This document shows positions 1-9,243 of a stretch of 64,000 nucleotides of DNA, in pieces. The notes under the pieces are model-generated. The model was not told the DNA's origin, searched no databases, and was given only the letters and a program-made list of their open reading frames with translations. The position numbers and the translations under genes are program-made. Numbering within the stretch: position 1 is the first letter of the stretch; each line of letters begins with the position of its first letter. The stretch comes from Bacteroidota bacterium (GTDB lineage: Bacteria; Bacteroidota; Bacteroidia; AKYH767-A; 2013-40CM-41-45), in NCBI GenBank assembly GCA_043747595.1, contig JAYTOX010000054.1, positions 3,287 through 67,286 on the forward strand, in the 5' to 3' direction.

Positions 1-463
1 GCTCTTCAGTAGCACCAAGGTTATAGAAAAGGTCGAAAACCTGCTCATGAACTTCGTCGGGGCGACAATTCTCTTTATCTACTTTATTGATAACGACAAT
101 TGGTTTTAAACCAAGAGCTAAAGCTTTTTGCGTCACAAAACGCGTTTGAGGCATTGCACCTTCAAAAGCATCAACTAGTAAAAGAACACTATCCGCCATT
201 GTTAAAACTCGCTCCACTTCACCACCGAAATCGGCGTGACCAGGAGTATCTATAATATTGATTTTAACGTCTTTGTATCTGATAGAAACATTTTTTGCCA
301 CAATCGTGATTCCGCGTTCTCTTTCAAGATCGTTGTTGTCAAGAATTAACTCATCAGTGGCTTGATTATCTCTAAAAAGTTTAGCCTGATGAAGCATTTT
401 ATCAACCAAGGTCGTTTTACCGTGATCGACGTGAGCAATAATTGCGATGTTTCTGATTTGCAT
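1..463 (-). CDS. typA: Translational GTPase TypA/BipA, N-terminal part (gene runs off the window start)
   Basis: Reverse translation from the ATG at 463-461 reads [24 protein letters not shown]...[14 protein letters not shown]...NKVDK, giving the G1/G3/G4 GTPase motifs and a TypA-type N-terminus. It is absent from the ORF track because it is truncated by the window edge. Confidence 0.85.
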   Translation of the reverse strand, partial: MQIRNIAIIAHVDHGKTTLVDKMLHQAKLFRDNQATDELILDNNDLERERGITIVAKNVSIRYKDVKINIIDTPGHADFGGEVERVLTMADSVLLLVDAFEGAMPQTRFVTQKALALGLKPIVVINKVDKENCRPDEVHEQVFDLFYNLGATEE

Positions 464-495
464 GTAGTTAAGCCGCTTCTTTAAGTAAGCGGCCG

Positions 496-503
496 CAAAG
501 GTA
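496..503 (-). promoter_or_regulatory. Bacteroidetes-type -7 promoter box (TAccTTTG on the minus strand) for typA
   Basis: Plus-strand CAAAGGTA is the reverse complement of TACCTTTG and matches the TAnnTTTG consensus. It lies 33 nt upstream of the typA ATG. A GCCGCTT/AAGCGGC hairpin (473-496) sits in the leader. Confidence 0.4.
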
Positions 504-760
504 GGAATAATATCCGGAGAAAACGAGCGAATCGGGGATCGGGACATGTTTTCATTTAACGATCTCTATTCCGAAACAAACTTAAAGAACGATTTAAAAG
601 TGCTAATAATAAATTACTTGAATGAAAAATGCATACTTACTACTAAGCGATAAATCAAAAAAGTAGTGTTTCAAAAATGCTTTGCGATGGATGGAAATCA
701 GAATTCGAGACACAGATTCCATTTCAAGTTGAAAGGATTTGCTTTTTATAGAGATTCATA

Positions 761-768
761 TACCTTTG
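761..768 (+). promoter_or_regulatory. Bacteroidetes-type -7 promoter box TAccTTTG for hppA
   Basis: Exact TAnnTTTG match 25 nt upstream of the ATG at 793. Confidence 0.45.
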
Positions 769-792
769 CAGCCCTTCAAAAAATAGCATTTA

Positions 793-3327
793 ATGGAAAA
801 TTTTGTATTCTTGATACCGATGTTCGGTATACTTGGTTTGATTATCATGTTCATCAAAGCAACATGGGTAACCAAACAAAACCCCGGTGACGCCAATATG
901 GTGGAACTATCTGGCTACATTGCAAAAGGTGCGATGGCATTTTTAAAAGCCGAATGGAAAGTTCTCTCCTACTTCGTAGTAATTGCCGGCGCCTTGCTTG
1001 CTTGGTCTGGAACAGCTGTTTCTACTTCAAGTCCTGTAATAGCAATTTCTTTTATTATCGGCGCAGTATTTTCTGCAACTGCCGGTTATATCGGAATGAA
1101 TATAGCAACTAAAGCAAATGTTAGAACTACTCAAGCTGCGCGTACTAGTTTAAGTGAAGCGTTAAAAGTTTCTTTCACAGGAGGATCTGTAATGGGACTT
1201 GGTGTAGCCGGATTGGCCGTGCTTGGTTTAGGATCTCTGTTCATTGTATTCTACAAAATGTACGTACTATCTGTTGGTGGTGCAGTCAATGGCGTTGAAA
1301 TGGAAAAAGCACTTGAGGTGCTTGCCGGATTTTCACTAGGTGCTGAATCAATTGCACTTTTCGCTCGTGTTGGTGGTGGTATTTACACAAAGGCAGCAGA
1401 TGTTGGAGCCGATTTAGTTGGAAAAGTTGAAGCTGGAATTCCTGAAGATGATGTACGTAACCCAGCAACGATTGCAGATAACGTTGGTGACAATGTTGGT
1501 GATGTAGCAGGTATGGGTGCCGATCTTTTTGGTTCTTATGTTGCAACGATCCTTGCAACTATGGTACTTGGTCGTGAAATTGTTTCTAACGATAAGTTTG
1601 GTGGCATAGCTCCTATCTTATTACCAATGCTTATTGCAGGCCTAGGTATTATCTTTTCTATTATGGGAATGTTTTTCGTAAAAGTAAAAGACGATAATGG
1701 TGATGTTCAGAAAGCATTGAACTTAGGAAACTGGTCGTCGATTATTTTTACAGCTATCGCTTCTTACTTCGTTGTAAATTGGATGTTAGCAGATACGATG
1801 AGTATCCGTGGATTTGAATTTACAAAGATGAATGTATTTTATTCAATCATACTTGGATTAGTAGTCGGTACATTGATGAGTATGATAACAGAATATTATA
1901 CTTCAATGGGCAAGCGTCCTGTTAATTCAATAATAAAGCAATCGTCTACGGGTCACGCAACAAATATTATTGGTGGTATTTCTGTTGGTATGGAATCAAC
2001 TGCACTTCCAATGTTAGTTCTTGCAACAGGAATTTATGGTGCTTATGCATTTGCAGGTCTCTATGGAGTTGCAATTGCTGCGGCAGGAATGATGGCAACA
2101 ACGGCGATGCAATTAGCAATCGATGCCTTTGGTCCTATTGCAGATAATGCAGGAGGAATTGCAGAGATGAGTGGATTACCGAAAGAAGTTCGTCAGCGCA
2201 CCGATACATTGGACGCTGTAGGAAATACAACAGCTGCAACAGGAAAAGGTTTTGCTATTGCTTCTGCTGCGTTAACATCGCTTGCACTATTTGCTGCTTT
2301 CGTTGGTATAGCAGGAATCGATTCAATAGATATTTTCAAAGCTCCGGTTTTAGCAGGTTTATTTGTTGGAGGAATGATTCCATACATATTCTCTTCTCTT
2401 GCCATTGCAGCCGTTGGTCGTGCAGCTATGGATATGGTGAATGAAGTTCGTCGTCAGTTCAAAGAGATTCCGGGAATTATGGAATACAAGGCAAAACCGG
2501 AATATGAAAAATGTGTAGCTATTTCTACTAAAGCTTCTATCCGTGAAATGCTTTTACCAGGCGCAATAGCGTTAACGGTTCCAGTTATTGTTGGATTTAC
2601 TTTTGGACCGGAAGTACTAGGTGGATTATTAGCCGGAGTAACCGTATCAGGTGTTTTGTTAGGAATGTTTATGAACAACGCCGGTGGTGCTTGGGACAAT
2701 GCAAAAAAGTCGTTTGAAAAAGGAGCTACTATAAATGGAGAAGTATTTTACAAAGGTTCTGAACCTCACAAAGCTTCGGTTACGGGCGATACAGTTGGTG
2801 ATCCATTCAAAGATACTTCAGGTCCATCAATGAACATCCTAATTAAGTTGATGTCGATTGTTTCATTAATCATCGCTCCACATATTGCAGTTCATGGTGG
2901 AAAGAATGATGGAATGATGGACAGTTGCAAACAAGGAATGATGCAATGTTGTCCTGAAATGAAATCGATGACATGTGAAATGGATTCAGATGGCAATTGT
3001 GTAATTGATTCTGCGACGTGTGCAATGTTTATGGCAAGTGGAAAAATTGATTCTTCTGCATGTACAATGAGTACAGATGGAAAATGTCACGTCAATATGG
3101 AGGCATGTATGTCGGCAATGCATGGCGGAAATTGTTCAATGAAAAAAGATTGTTCAATGAACGGCGGAATGTCGACCGAATGTATGGAGGCTTGCAAAGC
3201 AAAAGGAGTTGATTGTGCAAAAGGATCTCCTTGTTCGAAAGAATGTATGGAGGCCTGCAAAGCAAAAGGAATTGATTGTGCAAGTACAGAATGCCCTTCT
3301 AAAAAATCGGCATGCTGCAAAAAATAA
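793..3327 (+). CDS. hppA: Membrane-integral pyrophosphate-energised pump (K+-dependent type) with an unusual 141-aa Cys/Met-rich C-terminal extension
   Basis: 844-aa ORF with M-PPase signatures [38 protein letters not shown] and [13 protein letters not shown] (Ala in GNTTAA marks the K+-dependent clade), plus many TM helices. The canonical body ends near ...[10 protein letters not shown]. See the finding on the tail. Confidence 0.95.
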   Translation: MENFVFLIPMFGILGLIIMFIKATWVTKQNPGDANMVELSGYIAKGAMAFLKAEWKVLSYFVVIAGALLAWSGTAVSTSSPVIAISFIIGAVFSATAGYIGMNIATKANVRTTQAARTSLSEALKVSFTGGSVMGLGVAGLAVLGLGSLFIVFYKMYVLSVGGAVNGVEMEKALEVLAGFSLGAESIALFARVGGGIYTKAADVGADLVGKVEAGIPEDDVRNPATIADNVGDNVGDVAGMGADLFGSYVATILATMVLGREIVSNDKFGGIAPILLPMLIAGLGIIFSIMGMFFVKVKDDNGDVQKALNLGNWSSIIFTAIASYFVVNWMLADTMSIRGFEFTKMNVFYSIILGLVVGTLMSMITEYYTSMGKRPVNSIIKQSSTGHATNIIGGISVGMESTALPMLVLATGIYGAYAFAGLYGVAIAAAGMMATTAMQLAIDAFGPIADNAGGIAEMSGLPKEVRQRTDTLDAVGNTTAATGKGFAIASAALTSLALFAAFVGIAGIDSIDIFKAPVLAGLFVGGMIPYIFSSLAIAAVGRAAMDMVNEVRRQFKEIPGIMEYKAKPEYEKCVAISTKASIREMLLPGAIALTVPVIVGFTFGPEVLGGLLAGVTVSGVLLGMFMNNAGGAWDNAKKSFEKGATINGEVFYKGSEPHKASVTGDTVGDPFKDTSGPSMNILIKLMSIVSLIIAPHIAVHGGKNDGMMDSCKQGMMQCCPEMKSMTCEMDSDGNCVIDSATCAMFMASGKIDSSACTMSTDGKCHVNMEACMSAMHGGNCSMKKDCSMNGGMSTECMEACKAKGVDCAKGSPCSKECMEACKAKGIDCASTECPSKKSACCKK

Positions 3328-3344
3328 AATTATTGAATGTAAAA

Positions 3345-3377
3345 AATCCGGTCTCGAAAGTGTCCGGATTTTTTTTT
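3345..3377 (+). terminator. Rho-independent terminator after hppA
   Basis: AATCCGG stem, 12-nt loop, CCGGATT stem, followed by a T-run. Confidence 0.75.
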
Positions 3378-3467
3378 GCTTTTTTGTTTATGAATAATAC
3401 CTGGAGAGTAAATGATTTATAAATAAAAATTCAAAAATTTTTTTTCTGACAAACAATTTTTTTTATT

Positions 3468-3649
3468 ACTTCATACTTATTACTTCTTATTTAATAATTA
3501 ATACTTCATTTCACTTATTTCCTACTTCTTATATGAGTAATCGGATTTTTTCTCCCGCAGAAACCGCTGAATACCGCAGAGTTATTTTTAACTTTTCTTA
3601 CTTCAATTCTCTTATTTCATGCTTCCTTTTTCTTATTTCATACTTCAAA
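3468..3649 (-). repeat. Composite intergenic repeat: two degenerate heptamer blocks (ACTTCWT)n flanking a solo half-palindrome of the 48.4 kb array unit
   Basis: 3468-3530 and 3591-3649 are runs of ACTTCAT/ACTTCTT-like heptamers, the reverse complement of the AAGAAGT repeat at 7432-7483. 3553-3579 (TCCCGCAGAAACCGCTGAATACCGCAG) is the reverse complement of the array left arm with 2 mismatches. Confidence 0.7.
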
Positions 3650-3919
3650 AATGGTTAGTAAGTAAAAATCAATTGACCACTTACCCTTGTTTTTATCTTG
3701 CCTCATTTTGCCAAGCGGAAAACAAAATCTACAAACCAATAAACAATAACAAGTAAATTTTCTGCGCTCTAAAGTTCGCTTATAATATGAAATCCTTTAA
3801 GGTGGAACATTTTGACAGTAACGATTAATAAATTAGCCTACTAAAATATGTTACCCACATAAATTCAAAAATTAAGTTCTCTTTTTGTGAACATTATATA
3901 TTTTATAACGTACCTTTAC

Positions 3920-4252
3920 ATGAAAATAAGATTGATTGTTAAACAGACGATAGAAGAATACTGTTTAAAAAACACTCAGAGTCGGAAATCCTTCTCAAAT
4001 TGGCTTGAAATAATCAAATATGCAGACTGGAGTTTTCCCGATGATATTCTTTTTACTTTTGGCACTGCAGATTTACTTGGCGCAGGTTCAAATCGCGTTA
4101 TCTTTAATATTGGAGGAAATAAATATCGTATGATCTGTAAATACCACTTTGGTGAAAAGCAACTTCATCTGTTTGTGTGCTGGATAGGCACTCATGCAGA
4201 ATATGATAAATTATGTTCCGACAATAAACAGTACACAATAAGTATTTATTAA
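3920..4252 (+). CDS. higB: Type II toxin HigB (RelE/ParE superfamily mRNA interferase)
   Basis: Translation ...NRVIFNIGGNKYRMICKYHFGEKQLHLFVCWIGTHAEYDKL matches the HigB_toxin family pattern. The toxin-first order with an HTH gene 19 nt downstream fits higBA. I chose the start at MKIRLIV (ATG 3920) rather than the track start at 3887. Confidence 0.75.
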   Translation: MKIRLIVKQTIEEYCLKNTQSRKSFSNWLEIIKYADWSFPDDILFTFGTADLLGAGSNRVIFNIGGNKYRMICKYHFGEKQLHLFVCWIGTHAEYDKLCSDNKQYTISIY

Positions 4253-4270
4253 AAGAATAAAACCAAGATC

Positions 4271-4711
4271 ATGGGAACTTTAAAATATACAATAATCAAA
4301 TCAAAATCCCAATACAAAGATTATTGCAAATTATTAGAAAAGCTACTCGAGTCCAAATCAAAAGTCAAAAATCATACGGATGAAATAGAACTTTTAACTG
4401 TACTGATTGAAATCTGGGATTCAGAACACAATTCCTTTAATGGTTCAGATCCAATTGAACTGCTTAAAAATTTAATGCAAGAAAGCGATATGAGACCAAA
4501 TGACCTTATTTCAATTCTAAAGATCAGCAAAGGTTTGATTTCAGATATTTTGAATTATAAAAAAGGTCTTTCAAAAGAAGTAATCAGAATTTTATCAAAT
4601 CATTTTAAAATATCACAAGAAGCTTTCAATAGAAATTATCATTTGAAAGGAATCAGTAAACCAAAGTCAAACAAAACACGCGCTCCCAAACGATCTAAAC
4701 AGCTTGCTTAA
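4271..4711 (+). CDS. higA: HigA-like antitoxin / HTH transcriptional regulator
   Basis: 146 aa located immediately downstream of higB. The C-terminal half (RPNDLISILKISKGLISDILNYKKGLSKEVIRILSNHF) looks like an Xre-type HTH. Confidence 0.65.
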   Translation: MGTLKYTIIKSKSQYKDYCKLLEKLLESKSKVKNHTDEIELLTVLIEIWDSEHNSFNGSDPIELLKNLMQESDMRPNDLISILKISKGLISDILNYKKGLSKEVIRILSNHFKISQEAFNRNYHLKGISKPKSNKTRAPKRSKQLA

Positions 4712-4713
4712 AT

Positions 4714-5196
4714 TTATTTTCTCTTCAACTCATAAACCGTACAAGCAAACTCATTCTTTTCATCTGCCGGAAAATTTTGTTGCGATAGTTCTTCCCATTC
4801 GTCCGTATTCAGTTCAGGAAAATAAACAGTGCCTGAGATTGTTGTATGGATTCTTGTCAGATATATCTTTTCTGTAAATGGAATTGCTGCTTTGAAAATT
4901 TCACCGCCACCAAAAACAAAAGCTTCTTCATCATGCTTTGCTTCTTCTAGTGCTTTTGCAAGAGAGTCAACTGCAATGCATCCTTCGGGTGAATAATTTT
5001 TTTGGCGACTTATAATTATCATAGTTCTTCCCGGTAATGGGCGCCCAATACTCTCGTACGTCTTTCTTCCCATGATAAGATGATGGCCCATGGTTAGCGC
5101 TTTAACACGCTTTAGATCGCTCGACATTTTCCACGGCAGGTTATTCCCTACTCCTATTACGTCGTTATCAGAAGCAGCTACTACAATTGAGATCAT
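4714..5196 (-). CDS. folA: Dihydrofolate reductase
   Basis: 160 aa. ISIVVAASDNDVIGVGNNLPWKMSSDLKRVKALTMGHHLIMGRKTYESIG is a typical DHFR N-terminus. It sits adjacent to thyA. Confidence 0.93.
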   Translation of the reverse strand: MISIVVAASDNDVIGVGNNLPWKMSSDLKRVKALTMGHHLIMGRKTYESIGRPLPGRTMIIISRQKNYSPEGCIAVDSLAKALEEAKHDEEAFVFGGGEIFKAAIPFTEKIYLTRIHTTISGTVYFPELNTDEWEELSQQNFPADEKNEFACTVYELKRK

Positions 5197-5205
5197 ACGT
5201 TTGAA

Positions 5206-6000
5206 TTAAACAGCAACCGCTCCTTTAATATGAGGATGCGGATCGTAATTAATAATAGTCATATCTTCAATTTTAAAATCGAAAATACTTTTTACTTCCG
5301 GATTTAAAACGAGTTTCGGTAGAGGGCGAGGATCGCGAGTAAGTTGCAATTGAACTTGCTCGAAATGATTATTATAAATGTGCGCATCGCCTAACGTATG
5401 AACAAAAGTACCCGGTTCTAAATTACAAACTTGAGCTACCATAAGAGTAAGCGCTGCATACGATGCGATGTTAAATGGAACACCAAGAAAAATATCGGCA
5501 CTACGTTGATACAACTGACAAGACAATTTACCATCGGCAACATAAAACTGAAAAAAAGCATGACACGGAGGCAATTTCATTTTACTCACCTCCCCTACAT
5601 TCCATGCGCTAACTATTAGTCGACGAGAATCAGGGTTTTTCTTGATTTGATCAATCACCTCAGAAAGTTGATCAATTTCTTTTCCGTCAGCAGTTTTCCA
5701 TGCTCTCCATTGCGAACCGTAAACAGGACCAAGGTCACCATTTTCATCGGCCCAGTCGTCCCAAATAGAAACACCGTTATCTCTTAAATATTTAATATTT
5801 GTATCGCCTTTAATAAACCAAAGCAGTTCATGAAAGATAGAACGAGTATGCAATTTTTTGGTGGTGAGTAGTGGAAAGCCTTCTGCTAAATCAAAATGCA
5901 TTTGATAACCAAAAACACTGCGCGTTCCTGTTCCGGTACGATCACTTTTGTCGGTACCATTATTCATTACATTCCGGAGAAGGTCGAGATATTGCTTCAT
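5206..6000 (-). CDS. thyA: Thymidylate synthase (ThyA type)
   Basis: 264 aa with MKQYLDLL..., [11 protein letters not shown] and the active-site motif [12 protein letters not shown]. Confidence 0.97.
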   Translation of the reverse strand: MKQYLDLLRNVMNNGTDKSDRTGTGTRSVFGYQMHFDLAEGFPLLTTKKLHTRSIFHELLWFIKGDTNIKYLRDNGVSIWDDWADENGDLGPVYGSQWRAWKTADGKEIDQLSEVIDQIKKNPDSRRLIVSAWNVGEVSKMKLPPCHAFFQFYVADGKLSCQLYQRSADIFLGVPFNIASYAALTLMVAQVCNLEPGTFVHTLGDAHIYNNHFEQVQLQLTRDPRPLPKLVLNPEVKSIFDFKIEDMTIINYDPHPHIKGAVAV

Positions 6001-6020
6001 TAAGAGAAAGATTGATACTG

Positions 6021-6028
6021 CAAATTTA
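6021..6028 (-). promoter_or_regulatory. -7 promoter box (TAaaTTTG on the minus strand) for thyA-folA
   Basis: Plus-strand CAAATTTA lies 21 nt upstream of the thyA ATG. Confidence 0.4.
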
Positions 6029-6169
6029 GAGAATATTTCTACTGAGGAAGACAGAAGTTATGAGCAAAAACAGCAACATTTCAACGATTACAGCCGTGGA
6101 GTTTAAAAAACGAAAGCTTTGATATTTATTCGACTTTTAAACTATCTTTCGGTCTTAAAAAATAACTAT

Positions 6170-7426
6170 ATGGGTATTAAATTTCGACTTACTATCTTAA
6201 GTTTCTTCCAGTTCTTCGTATGGGGTGCATGGCTGATTACCATCGGCACCTATTGTTTCAATGCGAAAGGATGGACAGGTGCGCAGTTCGGAGCCATTTT
6301 TTCAACGTTGGCCTTATCGTCATTGTTTATGCCAACCATTGCCGGCATCATAGCCGATAAATGGATGAATGCAGAAAAACTTTACGGCATTCTACATATC
6401 ATGTATGGATTAATTTTATTCTACGTCCCGAGCGTAAACGATCCTGAAACGTTGTATTACGTAATCTTCGCTGCAATGATTTGTTACATGCCAACAATTT
6501 CATTATCGAATTCTATCGCCTATTCCATATTAAAAGACAACAAGTACGATGTTGTAAAAGTCTTTCCCCCTATTCGTGTATGGGGAACGGTTGGTTTTAT
6601 TGTTGCCATGTGGACTACCAATTTAACCGGAAGCAAAACCAATGCGAATCAATTTATCATAGCAGCAGTAGCAGCAATCGTGTTGGGAATTTACGCATTC
6701 ACACTACCAAAATGTCCACCACAAAAAAGCATTTCGAAAAATTCATCTTTGTTGGAGCAATTAGGATTAAGTTCATTCAAGTTATTTGCTAATTATAAAA
6801 TGGCATTGTTTTTTATCTTCTCTATGTTTTTAGGAGGCGCTTTACAACTTACAAATATGTATGGCGATTCCTTTCTAAACGACTTTGGAAAGATTCCTGA
6901 ATATGCCAATTCGTTGGTAGTAAAATACTCGACAATTATCATGTCCATTTCACAGATATCAGAAACGCTTTTCATACTTACGATTCCATTTTTCTTAAAA
7001 AGATTTGGAATTAAAAAAGTGATGTTGTTTTCGATGTTAGCATGGGTCTTACGCTTCGGATTATTTGGTTACGGAAATCCGGCAGAAGGTTTGTGGATGA
7101 TTATTCTTTCGTGCATTGTTTACGGAATGGCATTCGACTTCTTTAATATTTCAGGTTCATTGTTTATTGAAACAAATACCGATCACTCAATCCGATCGAG
7201 TGCGCAAGGTTTGTTTATGATGATGACGAATGGTGTCGGTGCATTTTTAGGAAGTAAGATAAGTGGGCTGGCAATAGATACATATTTCACAGGAGACGGA
7301 GGAACAAAAGACTGGCGAGGAATCTGGGTTTCGTTTGCAATTTATTCGCTCATCGTAGCAATACTATTTGCTATCCTTTTTAAACACAAGCACAATCCGC
7401 AAGAAGTAGAAGCGGTTTCGCATTAA
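6170..7426 (+). CDS. MFS nucleoside:H+ symporter (NupG/XapB family)
   Basis: About 12 TM helices. The N-terminus MGIKFRLTILSFFQFFVWGAWLITIG is typical of the nucleoside permease family. I chose the ATG at 6170 over the upstream track start at 6119. Confidence 0.8.
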   Translation: MGIKFRLTILSFFQFFVWGAWLITIGTYCFNAKGWTGAQFGAIFSTLALSSLFMPTIAGIIADKWMNAEKLYGILHIMYGLILFYVPSVNDPETLYYVIFAAMICYMPTISLSNSIAYSILKDNKYDVVKVFPPIRVWGTVGFIVAMWTTNLTGSKTNANQFIIAAVAAIVLGIYAFTLPKCPPQKSISKNSSLLEQLGLSSFKLFANYKMALFFIFSMFLGGALQLTNMYGDSFLNDFGKIPEYANSLVVKYSTIIMSISQISETLFILTIPFFLKRFGIKKVMLFSMLAWVLRFGLFGYGNPAEGLWMIILSCIVYGMAFDFFNISGSLFIETNTDHSIRSSAQGLFMMMTNGVGAFLGSKISGLAIDTYFTGDGGTKDWRGIWVSFAIYSLIVAILFAILFKHKHNPQEVEAVSH

Positions 7427-7431
7427 GAAAT

Positions 7432-7523
7432 AAGAAGTAAGAAGTAAGATGTAAGAAGTATGAAGTAAGAAGTATGAAGTATGTCAGGGGGGACTCACCA
7501 ATTACCACTCACCACTCACTAAA
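7432..7523 (+). repeat. Heptanucleotide microsatellite (AAGAAGT/ATGAAGT, about 7.5 copies) followed by the ACCAATTACCACTCACCACTCACTAAA module
   Basis: 7432-7483 reads aagaagt aagaagt aagatgt aagaagt atgaagt aagaagt atgaagt. The 27-nt module at 7497-7523 recurs with 1 mismatch at 49368-49394. Confidence 0.85.
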
Positions 7524-7573
7524 GAGAATGATGTAACGCAATTAATCATTATTCACTATTCATTAATAATGTT

Positions 7574-8176
7574 CTAATTGCTTTTCCTTTTTTCCAATTC
7601 GTCGCGAATTCTTCCGGCACGTTCGTAGGCTTCGTCGTCGATTGCTTTTTTGAGAAGCTCTTTTAATTCGTCGGTACTTGCGGCTCCTAATTCGTTTTCA
7701 CTTAATTTACTCGTTGATCCTATTGGTCGTTCTACTGTTTCTTCAATGTTTTCTAATGAAGTATTTTCATCGGTAGCTACACCTGCTGTGGCAAGAATAA
7801 ATTCGTAGGTATAAATTGGGCAACCAAAACGAACTGCTACGGCTATTGCATCGCTTGTTCGAGCATCTATCTCTTCTTTTTTATCGCCATTGTTACAAAT
7901 TAACTTTGCAAAAAATACACCTTCAACCAGATTGTAAATAATAATTTCATCTACATTTATTTTGAAAGAATGTGCCAAGCTTTTAAACAGATCATGCGTG
8001 AGAGGTCGAGTCGGAGTCATATTTTCCAACTCAATAGCAATGGCCTGCGCTTCAAAAGCACCAATGATTATTGGCAGTCGGCGTTTTCCTTTATCTTCTC
8101 CTAAAACTAAAGCATAAGCGCCTGATTGCGTTTGGCTGTATTGGAGGCCGATTATTTCTAGTTTGATCTTTTTCAT
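7574..8176 (-). CDS. Bifunctional nuclease family protein (DUF151/BFN domain) with a C-terminal UVR motif
   Basis: 200 aa. The N-terminal domain pattern IIGAFEAQAIA...RPLTHDL...AKL...DARTSDAIAVAVRFGCPIY fits the family, and the C-terminus DDEAYERAGRIRDELEKR is UvrB/C-like. Confidence 0.75.
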   Translation of the reverse strand: MKKIKLEIIGLQYSQTQSGAYALVLGEDKGKRRLPIIIGAFEAQAIAIELENMTPTRPLTHDLFKSLAHSFKINVDEIIIYNLVEGVFFAKLICNNGDKKEEIDARTSDAIAVAVRFGCPIYTYEFILATAGVATDENTSLENIEETVERPIGSTSKLSENELGAASTDELKELLKKAIDDEAYERAGRIRDELEKRKSN

Positions 8177-8238
8177 TTTAAAATGCCTATGGCAATTGGC
8201 TTAATCGAATTTAATAAAAATTAGTTTCGGCTATACAA

Positions 8239-9216
8239 TTAATTCTGATTTGCTTTAAAGGTTTTCGCTGCTTCAATCAATTTAGGAACCACTTCAAATG
8301 CATCTCCAACAATACCGTAGTCGGCCGCTTTAAAAAATGGTGCCTCAGGATCTTTATTGATAACAACAATCACTTTAGACGAAGACACACCTGCCAAATG
8401 CTGAATAGCACCACTGATACCAATGGCAATGTATAGATTCGGACTTATTGCTATTCCTGTTTGTCCTACGTGTTCCGAATGTGGACGCCATCCGGCATCA
8501 GAAACCGGCTTAGAACATGCAGTAGCTGCACCTAGTATTTTAGCCAACTCTTCAATCATTCCCCAGTTCTCCGGACCTTTCATACCTCGTCCGGCAGAAA
8601 CTACTAATTCAGCTTCAGGAAGAGAGATTGTATTTCCGGCACGCACTCGTTCTTTAATGCTTGCAGCAAAATCTTTATCAACCGGAGTAAAATCAAAATT
8701 TGAAACAGTAGTTGTACCTCCGCTTTCAATTACCTTATACGAATTTGGCATCATCGAAATAACTTTTGTGCCGGCCATCATTTCAATTATTGAAAAAGCC
8801 TTTCCTGAAAACGATCCTTTTTTAACAGTGAATGCACCGTCCATTGAAGGAAGACTTACCACATTTTCCGCAAGAGCAGCATCCAATTTAATCGCCACAC
8901 GTGGAGCAATTGATTTGCCGGCAAAAGATGCGGAAAGAATAATCACCTCCGCATTTTCTGATTTAGCTGCTGCTGCAATTACACTTGCGTACGGCTGAGG
9001 ATTTGGAATAGTTAATTGATCGCTGTTGATCGTTAGCACTTTTGACGCTCCATATTTTCCGGCTTTTGCTAATTCATCTTGACTAACCTTTCCAATAGAA
9101 ATAGCTATGAGCGGTTGATTTAATTTTGTTGCAATTGCAGAAGCATAACTTACAGCTTCGAAAGCAGACTTACGAAAAGCGCCTTCAGAATTTTCTATAT
9201 ATACGAGTACTGACAT
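8239..9216 (-). CDS. etfA: Electron transfer flavoprotein alpha subunit
   Basis: 325 aa. The FAD-binding C-terminal motif is PNLYIAIGISGAIQHLAGV. It is paired with etfB. Confidence 0.93.
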   Translation of the reverse strand: MSVLVYIENSEGAFRKSAFEAVSYASAIATKLNQPLIAISIGKVSQDELAKAGKYGASKVLTINSDQLTIPNPQPYASVIAAAAKSENAEVIILSASFAGKSIAPRVAIKLDAALAENVVSLPSMDGAFTVKKGSFSGKAFSIIEMMAGTKVISMMPNSYKVIESGGTTTVSNFDFTPVDKDFAASIKERVRAGNTISLPEAELVVSAGRGMKGPENWGMIEELAKILGAATACSKPVSDAGWRPHSEHVGQTGIAISPNLYIAIGISGAIQHLAGVSSSKVIVVINKDPEAPFFKAADYGIVGDAFEVVPKLIEAAKTFKANQN

Positions 9217-9243
9217 GAGATTTTTTTTATGTGATGAATAAGA

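Noticed and set aside
666-890. 74-aa ORF overlapping the hppA start
   Set aside because: It lies out of frame over the hppA promoter and N-terminus. It has no features of its own, and the hppA frame is unambiguous.
1286-3397. Antisense and alternate-frame ORFs within hppA (1286-1558, 2193-2405, 2454-2699, 3087-3320, 3092-3283, 3209-3397)
   Set aside because: They lie entirely inside a strongly supported gene and have low-complexity or odd composition. They are typical shadow ORFs. The same reasoning applies to the many 60-190 aa antisense ORFs inside etfA/etfB, pdhB, glnN, purM, E1, paaJ, paaZ, the TPR gene, the T9SS paralogs and paaC.
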